Of a stretch of 64,000 bases of DNA, positions 45,076 through 54,119 are shown in pieces. Origin of the DNA: an uncultured virus (IMG/VR IMGVR_UViG_3300035191_000065) (Duplodnaviria; Heunggongvirae; Uroviricota; Caudoviricetes); IMG/VR virus record IMGVR_UViG_3300035191_000065; one strand, written 5' to 3'. Made by a program: the position numbers and the translations under genes. The notes under the pieces are model-generated. The model had not been told where the DNA came from. It ran no database searches and worked only from the letters and a program-made list of their open reading frames with translations. The first letter of the stretch is position 1. Each line of letters starts with the position of its first letter.

Positions 45076-45981
45076 ATGGACAAGCGCACCTGGCTGTCGG
45101 TCGATTGGGACTTCTTCGTAAGAAGCCTTGGAATGTGGGATTGGTCGCACAAGGAGGCGCCTTTTTTTATGGGCGGCTTCATGTGGGAAACCAGGCTCTC
45201 GCCCTTTCTGATGCAGGGCTACGATCTCGTCGGAGAAATGGACCCACAGAAGTGGTCAAGGCCTCGTCCTCAGGATTTCTGGAACGTTCTTGCCGAGGCA
45301 GGCTATGGCTTTGATGACCTGGACTTTTTCGTCGTTGCAGACTCCCATGCAGCGGCTGGTCCGGTGTTTAGTGAGGTGGCCGATCGTCTTGGCGGTCCCG
45401 CTGATGTGCTTGTCAACTTCGACGCTCACCACGATCTTGGGTACTGCGAGTGGGAGCGCATCGAGATGATGATCGAAAAAGGGGAGTGCACCTGCGACAT
45501 GTGGCTCGGTGCTTTGATGATGTGGATGCCTGAGCTTGAGTCTCGTGTCGTCTACCCGAACTGGATGAAAGAGGAGAGCGACCTTGAAGCTCAGTGGAGG
45601 CACATTCGTGAACATGTTCCAAAGAGTGTTTCTGATCGAATCGAGCTTGGCTGGTTCTGGGACAACGGTCAGGTGAGCAACACCGTCATCGAGCCAGATG
45701 AGTATCTGAATGTCGAAGCTCTTTTCGTTTGTCGGTCATCTGCCTGGACGCCTCCGTGGCTCGATCAGCCGTTTCTTCAGTTTTTGGACGGCTTTGAAGA
45801 GCACTCCTACGTTGAACCCTTCAGCCACGACGCTGCCTATGACCGTCCTGTAGACGCCCTGAAGCCCCGTGAAGACTTCTCCATGAAACGGGCCAAAAAG
45901 ATGGCTGAAACCATGAATCTGATGAGAGAAGGAAAGATTCCAGCCGGCATTACTTTCCATCCTGAAGATGAAGAAGATTAG
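45076..45981 (+). CDS. Arginase/deacetylase-fold metallohydrolase (UPF0489-like)
   Basis: LSVDWDFF, DSH, NFDAHHD, CRS..WTPPW.D. Confidence 0.65.
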   Translation: MDKRTWLSVDWDFFVRSLGMWDWSHKEAPFFMGGFMWETRLSPFLMQGYDLVGEMDPQKWSRPRPQDFWNVLAEAGYGFDDLDFFVVADSHAAAGPVFSEVADRLGGPADVLVNFDAHHDLGYCEWERIEMMIEKGECTCDMWLGALMMWMPELESRVVYPNWMKEESDLEAQWRHIREHVPKSVSDRIELGWFWDNGQVSNTVIEPDEYLNVEALFVCRSSAWTPPWLDQPFLQFLDGFEEHSYVEPFSHDAAYDRPVDALKPREDFSMKRAKKMAETMNLMREGKIPAGITFHPEDEED

Positions 45982-45987
45982 ACTTTC

Positions 45988-46016
45988 TTGACATGACATA
46001 GCATGTGCTATACCAT
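45988..46016 (+). promoter_or_regulatory. Sigma70 promoter with operator ATAGCATGTGCTAT in the spacer
   Basis: TTGACA-N17-TACCAT; operator at 45998-46011. Confidence 0.75.
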
Positions 46017-46036
46017 CCAAGCGAAATGGGTGTAGC

Positions 46037-46453
46037 ATGTGCGATAGCGCAGACTTGAAAGAGCGACTGCTGGAACGGTACATCGGCCGAGAGATATCGG
46101 TGCATCTCCAGCGGAATGGAACCGACGTCGTCCACACAGGCATCCTGCAACGTCCCGAAGAAGATATGGGAGGCATCCCCGGCACTTGGATCATCAGGAC
46201 GCCGAGGACAGCTACTCATAATCACGCTGGCCAAGTCGTCGTCATCCCGGAGACGGTCGTCGTCTTCACCATCGAAGACTTCTGGTATCCGCTAATCGCC
46301 GTGGAGACGGTGGCAGAGGCCACAGAGAAGATAAGACAAGAGCAGGCGGCGATGAACGCGCACAAGGAGGAGGGCGACGACGATCAGGGGTCGGCCATCT
46401 GGACGCCTGGCCAAGGAAACCGCGGGGGAAGCACCGGAGGCACGCTCCAATGA
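46037..46453 (+). CDS. Hypothetical protein
   Basis: 138-aa ORF directly after the promoter. Confidence 0.65.
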   Translation: MCDSADLKERLLERYIGREISVHLQRNGTDVVHTGILQRPEEDMGGIPGTWIIRTPRTATHNHAGQVVVIPETVVVFTIEDFWYPLIAVETVAEATEKIRQEQAAMNAHKEEGDDDQGSAIWTPGQGNRGGSTGGTLQ

Positions 46454-46638
46454 GTGGTAACGGAAGAGAATGGACACCTGACGAAATTAAGTCGCTGCGA
46501 AAGCGTCTTGGTCTTACTCAGAAACAGTTCGCTGCCGAGGTAGGCGTTCATGTCGTCACCGTCATCAGGTGGGAGAAGGGGGGCTTCAACCCCTCTGGAT
46601 TAGCGCTGGAGAAGCTGCAACAGCTTGCTGCCCAGTGA
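46450..46638 (+). CDS. XRE/Cro-C1 HTH transcriptional regulator
   Basis: IKSLRKRLGLTQKQFAAEVGVHVVTVIRWEKG. Confidence 0.9.
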   Translation: MSGNGREWTPDEIKSLRKRLGLTQKQFAAEVGVHVVTVIRWEKGGFNPSGLALEKLQQLAAQ

Positions 46639-47090
46639 TACATGTAGCTGATCCTCGGCTGGTTCGGCTTATCGCTCTCAAAAAGAAGACGACTCATCGG
46701 TTTCCAGCCCGGTACAAAAAGGACAGCGACGAGGTTACGCACCCTAAGATCACCGCGGGGAAGCTGCACCGTGTCTATACGCGTGCGCCCTTTGGTAGGG
46801 ACGGGGATCCGAATGCGCAGCCTCTTGTTGAGGTGCTGGTCAGCTCTGTCGAGCTGGAGCCATTGGGCGATATGAACGACACAGAGGCGGTTCGAGAGGG
46901 TTTTGCATCGCTCGATGTTTTTATCGCCTACTGGAATCGTGTCTGGTTTAATCGGGCTCTAAAATTCGAGAACAATCAGTATCACCCTGTATGGGTGATC
47001 TCCTTTGAGCTGAAAAAAATACTACCTGCTGGTGAGAAGTTGATAAATCGGATAGAGTCAAAGATGAGATCTGTTGTAAAAACAAGGTGA
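46635..47090 (+). CDS. ASCH-domain protein
   Basis: KKTTHR, EAVREGF..L..F...W, PVWVISF; GTG start overlapping the upstream stop. Confidence 0.75.
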   Translation: MIHVADPRLVRLIALKKKTTHRFPARYKKDSDEVTHPKITAGKLHRVYTRAPFGRDGDPNAQPLVEVLVSSVELEPLGDMNDTEAVREGFASLDVFIAYWNRVWFNRALKFENNQYHPVWVISFELKKILPAGEKLINRIESKMRSVVKTR

Positions 47091-47231
47091 TAGGGTCAAG
47101 AATTCCCATCGAATCCAGCGGTGTTTTTTCAAAAAATCCGAACAACCTGGCCTGTGTGGTATTATTCCGTGCTTGACGGATGGCCGGCCGGCGCATATTT
47201 GTGTCGGCCGACTTTGTAAAGGAGGTGGGTC

Positions 47232-48221
47232 ATGCAAATGATCCGGAGGTGGGTAGTCGTGGTGTCGTGTGTCATAGCAGCCCTGGCGCTGCTGGTTTTG
47301 ACCCGGTGCTCGGAGCCACCGCAGGAATTGGACGGGGAGCCGGTTGAGGTTGAATCGGAGCCGCTGACTGAGGCGGAAGAGGAAGAGTCCCAAGAACCCG
47401 ATGAGGAGCCGGTGACATCTCGTGACGTGAGAGAGGAGATCCTTGACGGTTTCAGAGACACTTGGTCTGAGAGAATGACAAAGCGAGCGAAGGCTCAGTC
47501 TATAGACGTCTCTCTCCAAATCTTCAGGCTTGGTCAAGAAAAGGGGGTTGATCCTATCCTCTTGGCAGACGAATACGTCGATCTTCTGCACACCACTCTG
47601 GACATGCAGCCTGCATTCGAAAAGGGATGGGACGGCGGCATTCAGCGGGCGATGCTCATTGCGATTGATCTCTACAGAGGAGCACACGAGGCACAGGAGC
47701 AATCGTGCCATGATATCGACGAGAGATTCTCCGAGGACGTCGCGAGCAACAACGTACCCCATGTGAGTCCTTACCATCTTCTCTCAATGGGCTACAGAGA
47801 GTCCAGGCTTGCCAGGCGCATTGAGCTTGGAAAGAAGCTTGGGGGGCGGGGTGAGAGGGGGATGTTCCAGTTCCTACCTCAGTCCAACGGAAAGCGCGGG
47901 TGGATTGAGGGCCGCTTCATGCCGAGGTTCAAGAATAATCAGACCAGGGAGCGCTGCAGCCCCTTCGATCGCCTGTGTGCTACAAGGGGAGCTGCCAACG
48001 CATTGGCATGGATACGCTGTCGGTGCATCGAGCTTTACGATGACCGCTGCACCACCGATGTGTTCATGGCGGGCTACGGAATGAACCGGATGCCCACACC
48101 GGAGGAAGCACGCCATCACAGGGGGCCAGTCAATGCACGTCGCTTTCTTTGCGCTGTCAGGGATGACTGTGACGAGCTTTGGCCAAGAGACCATGACGAT
48201 GACTTCGCCTTGAGTCTCTGA
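47232..48221 (+). CDS. Membrane-tethered lytic transglycosylase (SLT-like), endolysin candidate
   Basis: N-terminal TM; MGYRES, GERGMFQF, AGYG motifs; AAGGAGG RBS. Confidence 0.7.
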   Translation: MQMIRRWVVVVSCVIAALALLVLTRCSEPPQELDGEPVEVESEPLTEAEEEESQEPDEEPVTSRDVREEILDGFRDTWSERMTKRAKAQSIDVSLQIFRLGQEKGVDPILLADEYVDLLHTTLDMQPAFEKGWDGGIQRAMLIAIDLYRGAHEAQEQSCHDIDERFSEDVASNNVPHVSPYHLLSMGYRESRLARRIELGKKLGGRGERGMFQFLPQSNGKRGWIEGRFMPRFKNNQTRERCSPFDRLCATRGAANALAWIRCRCIELYDDRCTTDVFMAGYGMNRMPTPEEARHHRGPVNARRFLCAVRDDCDELWPRDHDDDFALSL

Positions 48222-48406
48222 GCGATACGCCCTGAAAATCCCAGCCATTCCGTGCTCGTAGAGCGCGAGTTTCTTCTTGACAAAATATAGTTCTTGAAGT
48301 TTGCGCGTTACTCGTTCATTCTTGAATGGTATTCACGACTTACGACATTGATTGTCCATCCTGAGGATGAACGATTGGGGAAGAGGGCGCTGGAAGGGGT
48401 CATCCC

Positions 48407-48703
48407 GTGAGTGAAATATCGGACGCAGTGCTCGACGAGGTTTGGTTCTGGGATGGTGATTTTGGTCACCTTCTCGGGTGCGTGGAGGGCCAGGAAGAGA
48501 AGTGGCTCTGCGAGAAGGGAGTCCTCAAGAAGGAGGACGAAGAGCTGCCAGGCGTCAAGGAGCTTCTCGAAGGCGATGTTGTTTTTCGAGTGCGGACAGT
48601 GCATGCTTTAGAGCGTGCCGAAGACCCACGAGAAAAACTGTTTCAATGGTTCTCGGTCAACCCACTGACGGGCGTGCTAACACCACGGCCGGAATGGGGG
48701 TAG
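48407..48703 (+). CDS. Hypothetical acidic protein
   Basis: 98-aa ORF with GTG start. Confidence 0.55.
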   Translation: MSEISDAVLDEVWFWDGDFGHLLGCVEGQEEKWLCEKGVLKKEDEELPGVKELLEGDVVFRVRTVHALERAEDPREKLFQWFSVNPLTGVLTPRPEWG

Positions 48704-48706
48704 ACG

Positions 48707-49111
48707 ATGGCTAATAAGGTGAGTCGATCAGATCGAACGATTGTTTACGCGCTCATTCAGCAAGCTATCGATGACGCGCGTCTTCATATCCAGACTGCAA
48801 CCAGCCTCATTGATGAGCCGGATACCCTCGAAAGCGCCATTCATCGTAACAAACGTGCAGTAGACGCGATCGAGGAGTCGGAGAAAGCCATACAGGAAGC
48901 CGACGACGAAGGGCTCATCACCAAGAAAAAGAAAACGACGTTCGAGAAAGAGCTGGCTCAGGTGCGTCAGCTACTGTGGCGCCTGTCGTGCCGTATCAAT
49001 AAGGCAGCAAAAAAGGTGCATCCGCTCCGCGTGCAATCACGCGATCTCAGACGCAAATTCCTTGCATACAGCTATGAGCCGAAGGAGAATGCTGAAGCAG
49101 TGGGAGGCTGA
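48707..49111 (+). CDS. Hypothetical helical protein
   Basis: 134-aa ORF in the operon. Confidence 0.65.
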   Translation: MANKVSRSDRTIVYALIQQAIDDARLHIQTATSLIDEPDTLESAIHRNKRAVDAIEESEKAIQEADDEGLITKKKKTTFEKELAQVRQLLWRLSCRINKAAKKVHPLRVQSRDLRRKFLAYSYEPKENAEAVGG

Positions 49112-49114
49112 GAC

Positions 49115-49786
49115 GTGTCGTTGAAAAGAACCCTCGCTCAGGTGCCCAAGGTCGTGATGTCTCCCATCGGAATCGCGGCTCTTGCCGGTGCCGGAGTCAT
49201 CGGGTATGTCTTCTGGAGAATGGCACAGGGTGGGGTCCGCCTCCCCCGACGCAATCCTGGCCCAGGTCGAACCGCCGTCATCGGAGATTCCATCGTCGCC
49301 CATCAGTACGGTTTTGTTCGCTACCTCGATCAGAACATTCCAGGGCGATCCTTCACTAACTTTGGCATTGTAGGGCAGGGTACGGCGGCGATCCGTAATG
49401 ATCTACAGACCCGAGTCATCGGACAGGGTTTCGATGAGGTCATCATCGAGGGTGGGCTAAATGACGCCGGCCGACCGAATGCGCTCGACTACATCATCGG
49501 TAACCTCCGAGCGATGGTTCAGGAGGCGAAGGCAGCGGGGCTCAAGGTGGTTCTCGTCACCATGACGCCCTACTACGCGAACAAGTCCTTTGTTGCCCAG
49601 GGGAACGCTATCATTCTTCGTGATGGTCGAAGCTGGGGCGCTGACGTTGTCGTGGATACTCACTCAGCGGTTCGCGATTTCAACGACGATCTTCGCTCCG
49701 ACCTTGCTGCTCCAGATCGGCTGCACCTCAATAGGACTGGCCAGGAAGTAATCGGCCAGGCGATCATGTCGCAGGCATACGCCTGA
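49115..49786 (+). CDS. SGNH/GDSL esterase with N-terminal TM and RRNP
   Basis: IGDSI, G.VGQ, GLND, DRLH blocks. Confidence 0.88.
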   Translation: MSLKRTLAQVPKVVMSPIGIAALAGAGVIGYVFWRMAQGGVRLPRRNPGPGRTAVIGDSIVAHQYGFVRYLDQNIPGRSFTNFGIVGQGTAAIRNDLQTRVIGQGFDEVIIEGGLNDAGRPNALDYIIGNLRAMVQEAKAAGLKVVLVTMTPYYANKSFVAQGNAIILRDGRSWGADVVVDTHSAVRDFNDDLRSDLAAPDRLHLNRTGQEVIGQAIMSQAYA

Positions 49787-49801
49787 TTCTTCACATCGTT
49801 C

Positions 49802-49830
49802 TTGACGTAACATAGCATATGCTATAACGT
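49802..49830 (+). promoter_or_regulatory. Sigma70 promoter with perfect operator ATAGCATATGCTAT
   Basis: TTGACG at 49802; palindrome 49812-49825; TATAAC/TAACGT as -10 candidates. Confidence 0.7.
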
Positions 49831-49853
49831 CGTTCGCATGCGTTATAGGGAGG

Positions 49854-50831
49854 ATGGTCAGCATGGATGCCGTTCCATCCGTCCTATGGACGATTCACAA
49901 CAAGCACAAAAGCAAGATGACACTTTACAAACACCAATTGGTTCATGTCGAGGGAAAGCATAAGTACACCAATCCAGGGGGTTTTGTTCAGAGAGGCGGT
50001 CAGCAGTACGTCATAGCCCGAAGAAATCCAGCTTCTGCTGACATGGCAACCTCATCAGCCGTTAGCTCTGATATCGTGCTCCTCGAACGCAAGCGGAGCA
50101 GGCTTCTCGTTGACACTGGTGTCGTTCTCTTGAAGGGAGATCTCGAAAGGGGCGTCTCCTACGAAGATCCCCGCCTCATACACGGGGAGATTGGCTTCAC
50201 TTACACCTATGTGAGCAAGAGCGGCTATAGCTCGTGGCTCATGGGGCTCCACCGCGGTAATCCTAGTGAGTTCAACAAGCAGATGCGGCCAGATATCTCC
50301 CCGAGTAAGAACGGTTTTCTGTTCAGGGCAGGCGACGACACCGCGATTGTCGTAAGCCGGCCCGATCTCGAAAAAGAGGTGCGACTGTACAAGGTCAAGG
50401 ATATCAAGAGCGCTCTCCGGGGCTTTACTCTCAAAACGTCGAGGATGTGGTGGGAAGATCGTTTTCTTGCCAAAATCACTGTGCCTTCATGGTTGAGGGG
50501 CGAGCGAGGCTCTTTCGGCCACGTGGGGTTTGGGACGATCATTCATCCCCGGGCTGCCGTCATTCATTTTGGGCGAGGTGACGAGACAGGAAAGTACTAC
50601 GTGACTGCGCTTCAGCGGCTGTCGCCGCAGGGTGCTCCTGATGGGCCTCCAGAAATAATCGCAGAGCCGGCGTCGGAACTCCCAGAGGGGGACGTGCCGG
50701 GTGTTATCTACACGCAGATGGCCTGGCTTGAAGGTAAGGAGCTTGTCCTGTGGTCAGGTCACGATGATTCGATGATCGTCGAGACGCGGCTGAAGGCGCC
50801 ACGGTGGGTTGTTGATACGGGGGCGGCGTGA
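49854..50831 (+). CDS. Five-bladed beta-propeller glycosidase/phosphorylase (GH130-like)
   Basis: TNPG, YEDPRL, SKNG, GDVPGVIY, GHDD. Confidence 0.65.
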   Translation: MVSMDAVPSVLWTIHNKHKSKMTLYKHQLVHVEGKHKYTNPGGFVQRGGQQYVIARRNPASADMATSSAVSSDIVLLERKRSRLLVDTGVVLLKGDLERGVSYEDPRLIHGEIGFTYTYVSKSGYSSWLMGLHRGNPSEFNKQMRPDISPSKNGFLFRAGDDTAIVVSRPDLEKEVRLYKVKDIKSALRGFTLKTSRMWWEDRFLAKITVPSWLRGERGSFGHVGFGTIIHPRAAVIHFGRGDETGKYYVTALQRLSPQGAPDGPPEIIAEPASELPEGDVPGVIYTQMAWLEGKELVLWSGHDDSMIVETRLKAPRWVVDTGAA

Positions 50832-51475
50832 TGGAGAAGGAAAGAGAAGAAGTGGGGCAGTGCACGAAACCACACCTGAAAAGGGAGAGCCTGCCTAACG
50901 AAAGACAAGGGGTCACCTGGAAGGTCAAGATTGGGGACTTGAACGGCGTTCAGCTCGGTGAAACGTCGATGCCAGCGGAGGGCGTCTACATCAAGGCATA
51001 CATCAGGACGGGTGAGTACCAGGATGGTGAGCTGGGCGAAGTGTTCATCTCTCCAGACAAGGAAGGATCGTTCATTCAGGGTGTGCTCGATGGTTTTGCT
51101 CTGTTGCTCTCCATTGCTCTCCAGTATGGTGTACCCCTGGAGAAGATAATAGAAAAGTTCATGAACATCCGGTTCGAGCCATCGGGGATGACGAGTGACA
51201 GAGCTGTCCCGATGGCGACTTCGTTTTTTGATCTGATGTTCAAAAAACTAGCGCTGAGGTACCTCGATTCAAAGACTTGCGGCGAGCTTGGTATCGCGGA
51301 TCGAAGCAAGCCTGAAGAAGGAGAAGGGAATGCCGAAGAAGAGTGGCAGAGTAGTGCGGGGCGGGTCACGACGGGGCTCTCAGGGTCGCCGTTCCACGAC
51401 CCGAAAGTCAAGCAACCCCCAGTCTCGGAAGATGTCGAAGGCGGCGCAGATGAGGAAGCTCTCACGGGAGCTTGA
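50828..51475 (+). CDS. Stand-alone TSCPD domain (class II ribonucleotide reductase C-terminal-like)
   Basis: RESLPNERQG.T.K, YIRTGEYQDGELGEVFI, SIALQYGVPLE, RFEPSG. Confidence 0.8.
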   Translation: MMEKEREEVGQCTKPHLKRESLPNERQGVTWKVKIGDLNGVQLGETSMPAEGVYIKAYIRTGEYQDGELGEVFISPDKEGSFIQGVLDGFALLLSIALQYGVPLEKIIEKFMNIRFEPSGMTSDRAVPMATSFFDLMFKKLALRYLDSKTCGELGIADRSKPEEGEGNAEEEWQSSAGRVTTGLSGSPFHDPKVKQPPVSEDVEGGADEEALTGA

Positions 51476-51731
51476 GAAAGAAGAACAGAAGGCTGCGTCT
51501 TCCTCGAAGCAGGCAGCAAAGCTCCGTGAGCGCATCATCAAAATGCGTGACAGGTGCCCTCATGCTCGGCTGGAGAGAGACCCTAGCACAGGTATTGTGA
51601 CCTGTAAGGACTGCTTTGCGGAGGTCGGCTTTCCGAAGCAGCATAGCGTCGAGGTCGAAGAGGAGCACGGCGAGGAGGACAGCGATAGCTTCCAGGACGA
51701 CGACGGCTACTACGAAGACGACGAAGAATAG
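51330..51731 (+). CDS. Basic/coiled-coil protein with CPH...CxxC and acidic tail
   Basis: Start reassigned to MPKKSG; overlaps the low-complexity tail of the upstream gene. Confidence 0.65.
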   Translation: MPKKSGRVVRGGSRRGSQGRRSTTRKSSNPQSRKMSKAAQMRKLSRELEKEEQKAASSSKQAAKLRERIIKMRDRCPHARLERDPSTGIVTCKDCFAEVGFPKQHSVEVEEEHGEEDSDSFQDDDGYYEDDEE

Positions 51732-51740
51732 GGGGCGCGG

Positions 51741-52967
51741 TTGGACGTTATTTACCTGTCCCGCTTCGGCTCTTGCTGCGGCGTGTCGACCTATACCGAG
51801 CAACTTGCTCAGGCTGTAGCAAACGCTAAGCTCGAAGTGAGCGCGCTTGCCTCTGATCATTCCGAGAAGGGAAATGTCTGTCGAGATGCGATACCTAATG
51901 TGCCGTCCATTGTGAGCTGGTCGGAGCAGGGGGCCATTCGCAAGGTGCTCTCAGAGGTATTAGAGCAGCGACCAAGAGTCATCCATATCCAGCATGAATT
52001 CGGTATTTTCAGGGACACCGAAGGACTCTACAATCTCTGCATAGAGATTCGGCGCAGGTCCCCCGAGACCAAACTGGTTCTCACAGCGCACACGGTGCCT
52101 CCGGGGGTGAAGAGCCACAAAGACGCCTTCATACGCCTGATATGCGAGGTGGACGCCGTCATCGTGCATTCCCATCTCGCGAGGACGGTCATGGTGCGTT
52201 ACCCCGGTGCCAACAATATCAAGCATCTACAAGTGATCCCTCATGGAATGATCGGCCCTGTAGAAAGGGTGTCCCGAGAAAAGGCGGAGCAAGAGCTGGG
52301 CATCGAGCCCAAGGATAATCGCTTTACGCTATTGTCTCTCGGCTTCATGACGAGAAACAAAAAACACGTGATGCTCTCTCACCTCATCGCGGCGATTGTC
52401 CAGAGGCGAATGATCGCTCCGAAGGAGATCCTTCTCATTATTGCTGGGATGCCGACGATCGATGAGGAAGGGTGTCGCCTGCTCAACTCGCTCAAGCTCA
52501 CCATCGAGCGACTCAAAATAAAGGACCACGTCAGGCTCATCCCTGAATTTATCCCCTTTGAGAAGCTGCCTATCTATTACGGCGCGGCAGACATTGCTGT
52601 TCACATGTGCGAGCACAGCTTCCATAGCTCGTCTGGGAGCGTTCGCATGGACCTCGCCTACGGGATGCCGGTGTTGGTGCAGAAGGCAGAGCTGACCCAG
52701 GACTTACCTCCAGGAGTGGTCCAGTTTTTCAACCGTCCGAACGACCTTTTGACGCAGTTGCCCGTTCTGGCCAAGCAGCCGGCTCGTCTTCGAGCAATGT
52801 CAGCGGGCGCTCACAATATGGCCGAGCGGAACTCGTGGCGGAAGACGGCGGCGATCCACACGGCCTTGTATCGACAGTTGGCCGGAAAAGACCTCGGTGA
52901 CCCAGGTGGTAGTGTCCGAGCTGCGATATTCCATTCTTGCGGAAGTCTATTAGGAGGCAAGTTTTGA
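51741..52967 (+). CDS. GT4 glycosyltransferase
   Basis: CGVSTYT..L, IHIQHEFG, HTV, IPHG, GF...NK. Confidence 0.85.
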   Translation: MDVIYLSRFGSCCGVSTYTEQLAQAVANAKLEVSALASDHSEKGNVCRDAIPNVPSIVSWSEQGAIRKVLSEVLEQRPRVIHIQHEFGIFRDTEGLYNLCIEIRRRSPETKLVLTAHTVPPGVKSHKDAFIRLICEVDAVIVHSHLARTVMVRYPGANNIKHLQVIPHGMIGPVERVSREKAEQELGIEPKDNRFTLLSLGFMTRNKKHVMLSHLIAAIVQRRMIAPKEILLIIAGMPTIDEEGCRLLNSLKLTIERLKIKDHVRLIPEFIPFEKLPIYYGAADIAVHMCEHSFHSSSGSVRMDLAYGMPVLVQKAELTQDLPPGVVQFFNRPNDLLTQLPVLAKQPARLRAMSAGAHNMAERNSWRKTAAIHTALYRQLAGKDLGDPGGSVRAAIFHSCGSLLGGKF

Positions 52968-54118
52968 AGGTCGCTTTTGTGTCGAGGTGGGGAGTTCAGT
53001 GCGGGATCGCGACCTACACTGATCAGCTCGTAAAGGCCATCATGGATCATGGGCCAGACTGCGAGTGCGCAGCCGAGAATCTCATTGGGATCAAGGAGAT
53101 AAGCGTCGAGTCGAGAATAGCCTTCGACCGCTGCTGGGATGGACGAATCGGATCCCTCGATGGAATCTTTCAATTTTTAAAGAGCACGAGACCCCAGGTC
53201 GTGCACTTTCAGCACGAGTTCGGGCTTTTCGATCACGCCAAGCAACTCATCAACCTCCTGGGGAAGATCAAGGCGCTCCGCATCCCTGTGGTGTTTACCT
53301 GTCACACGGTGATGCCAGCGCCTCATGAAAAGCATTGGTTCTTCAGGGATGTGCTCAACGATGCTCACGCCATTGTCGCGCATAACGAGAGCACACGGGC
53401 AGCTCTCATCAAGGGGTGGAGGCATCCTGCGAACAAGGTCCGCGTCATTCCTCATGGGACGCCAGAAGAGTGCTCGGCTGGGAATCGCATGGAGGCTCGA
53501 AGGGAGCTTTTCCTTCCCGAGGACCCAAACCTGGTCATTGCAATTTCTCTGGGGTTTATTACCCCCGGAAAGATGCAGCACGAGGCGGTTCAGGCGATTG
53601 TCTGGCTCGTACAGGAAGGCCTTCTCGATCCGAGGAGATTCTTGTACATCATCGCTGGTGAGCCGGGTCAGAACGATCAGGGTAACATTGAATACTGTCG
53701 AGCCCTTCACAATATCCTCTACGATGCAAGGGCCTGGAACTATATTCGGATCGTCCCGAGCTTCGTTTCAAGGGAGAAGCTGCCTGTTTGGTACGGGGCC
53801 TCTGACTTCGTCATTACAGGATCGCATGAGACCTTCTTCTCGGTCTCTGGTCGTTCTCACCAAGAGATGGCATTTGGCATGCCTTCCATCTCTTCAAACG
53901 CTCGCCTCCTCTCTGATCTCAATGAGAAGAGGTCGCTCAAATACACGTCCATGCCTCAGCTCAGGTCGCACATCCTCACGATGGTTCGTGACCCGAATGT
54001 CAGGAGGCAGCTCTCTCGCAGGAGTCGGGAATTTGCCGAGGAGACGTCATGGACGAACGTTGCACTGAAGCATATTGAGCTGTACGAGCAGCTCACAGGA
54101 AAGAAGACGGGGAAGTAG
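52964..54118 (+). CDS. GT4 glycosyltransferase, paralog of the preceding gene
   Basis: AGGAGG then TTG; CGIATYT, HFQHEFG, IPHG, GFITPGK. Confidence 0.85.
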   Translation: MKVAFVSRWGVQCGIATYTDQLVKAIMDHGPDCECAAENLIGIKEISVESRIAFDRCWDGRIGSLDGIFQFLKSTRPQVVHFQHEFGLFDHAKQLINLLGKIKALRIPVVFTCHTVMPAPHEKHWFFRDVLNDAHAIVAHNESTRAALIKGWRHPANKVRVIPHGTPEECSAGNRMEARRELFLPEDPNLVIAISLGFITPGKMQHEAVQAIVWLVQEGLLDPRRFLYIIAGEPGQNDQGNIEYCRALHNILYDARAWNYIRIVPSFVSREKLPVWYGASDFVITGSHETFFSVSGRSHQEMAFGMPSISSNARLLSDLNEKRSLKYTSMPQLRSHILTMVRDPNVRRQLSRRSREFAEETSWTNVALKHIELYEQLTGKKTGK

Positions 54119-54119
54119 G

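Noticed and set aside
48277..48305. TTGACA promoter candidate
   Set aside because: No acceptable -10 element at 16-18 bp spacing.
50020..50035. RRNP inside the GH130-like protein as an NP tag
   Set aside because: Falls within the predicted first propeller blade rather than at a domain boundary; may be chance.
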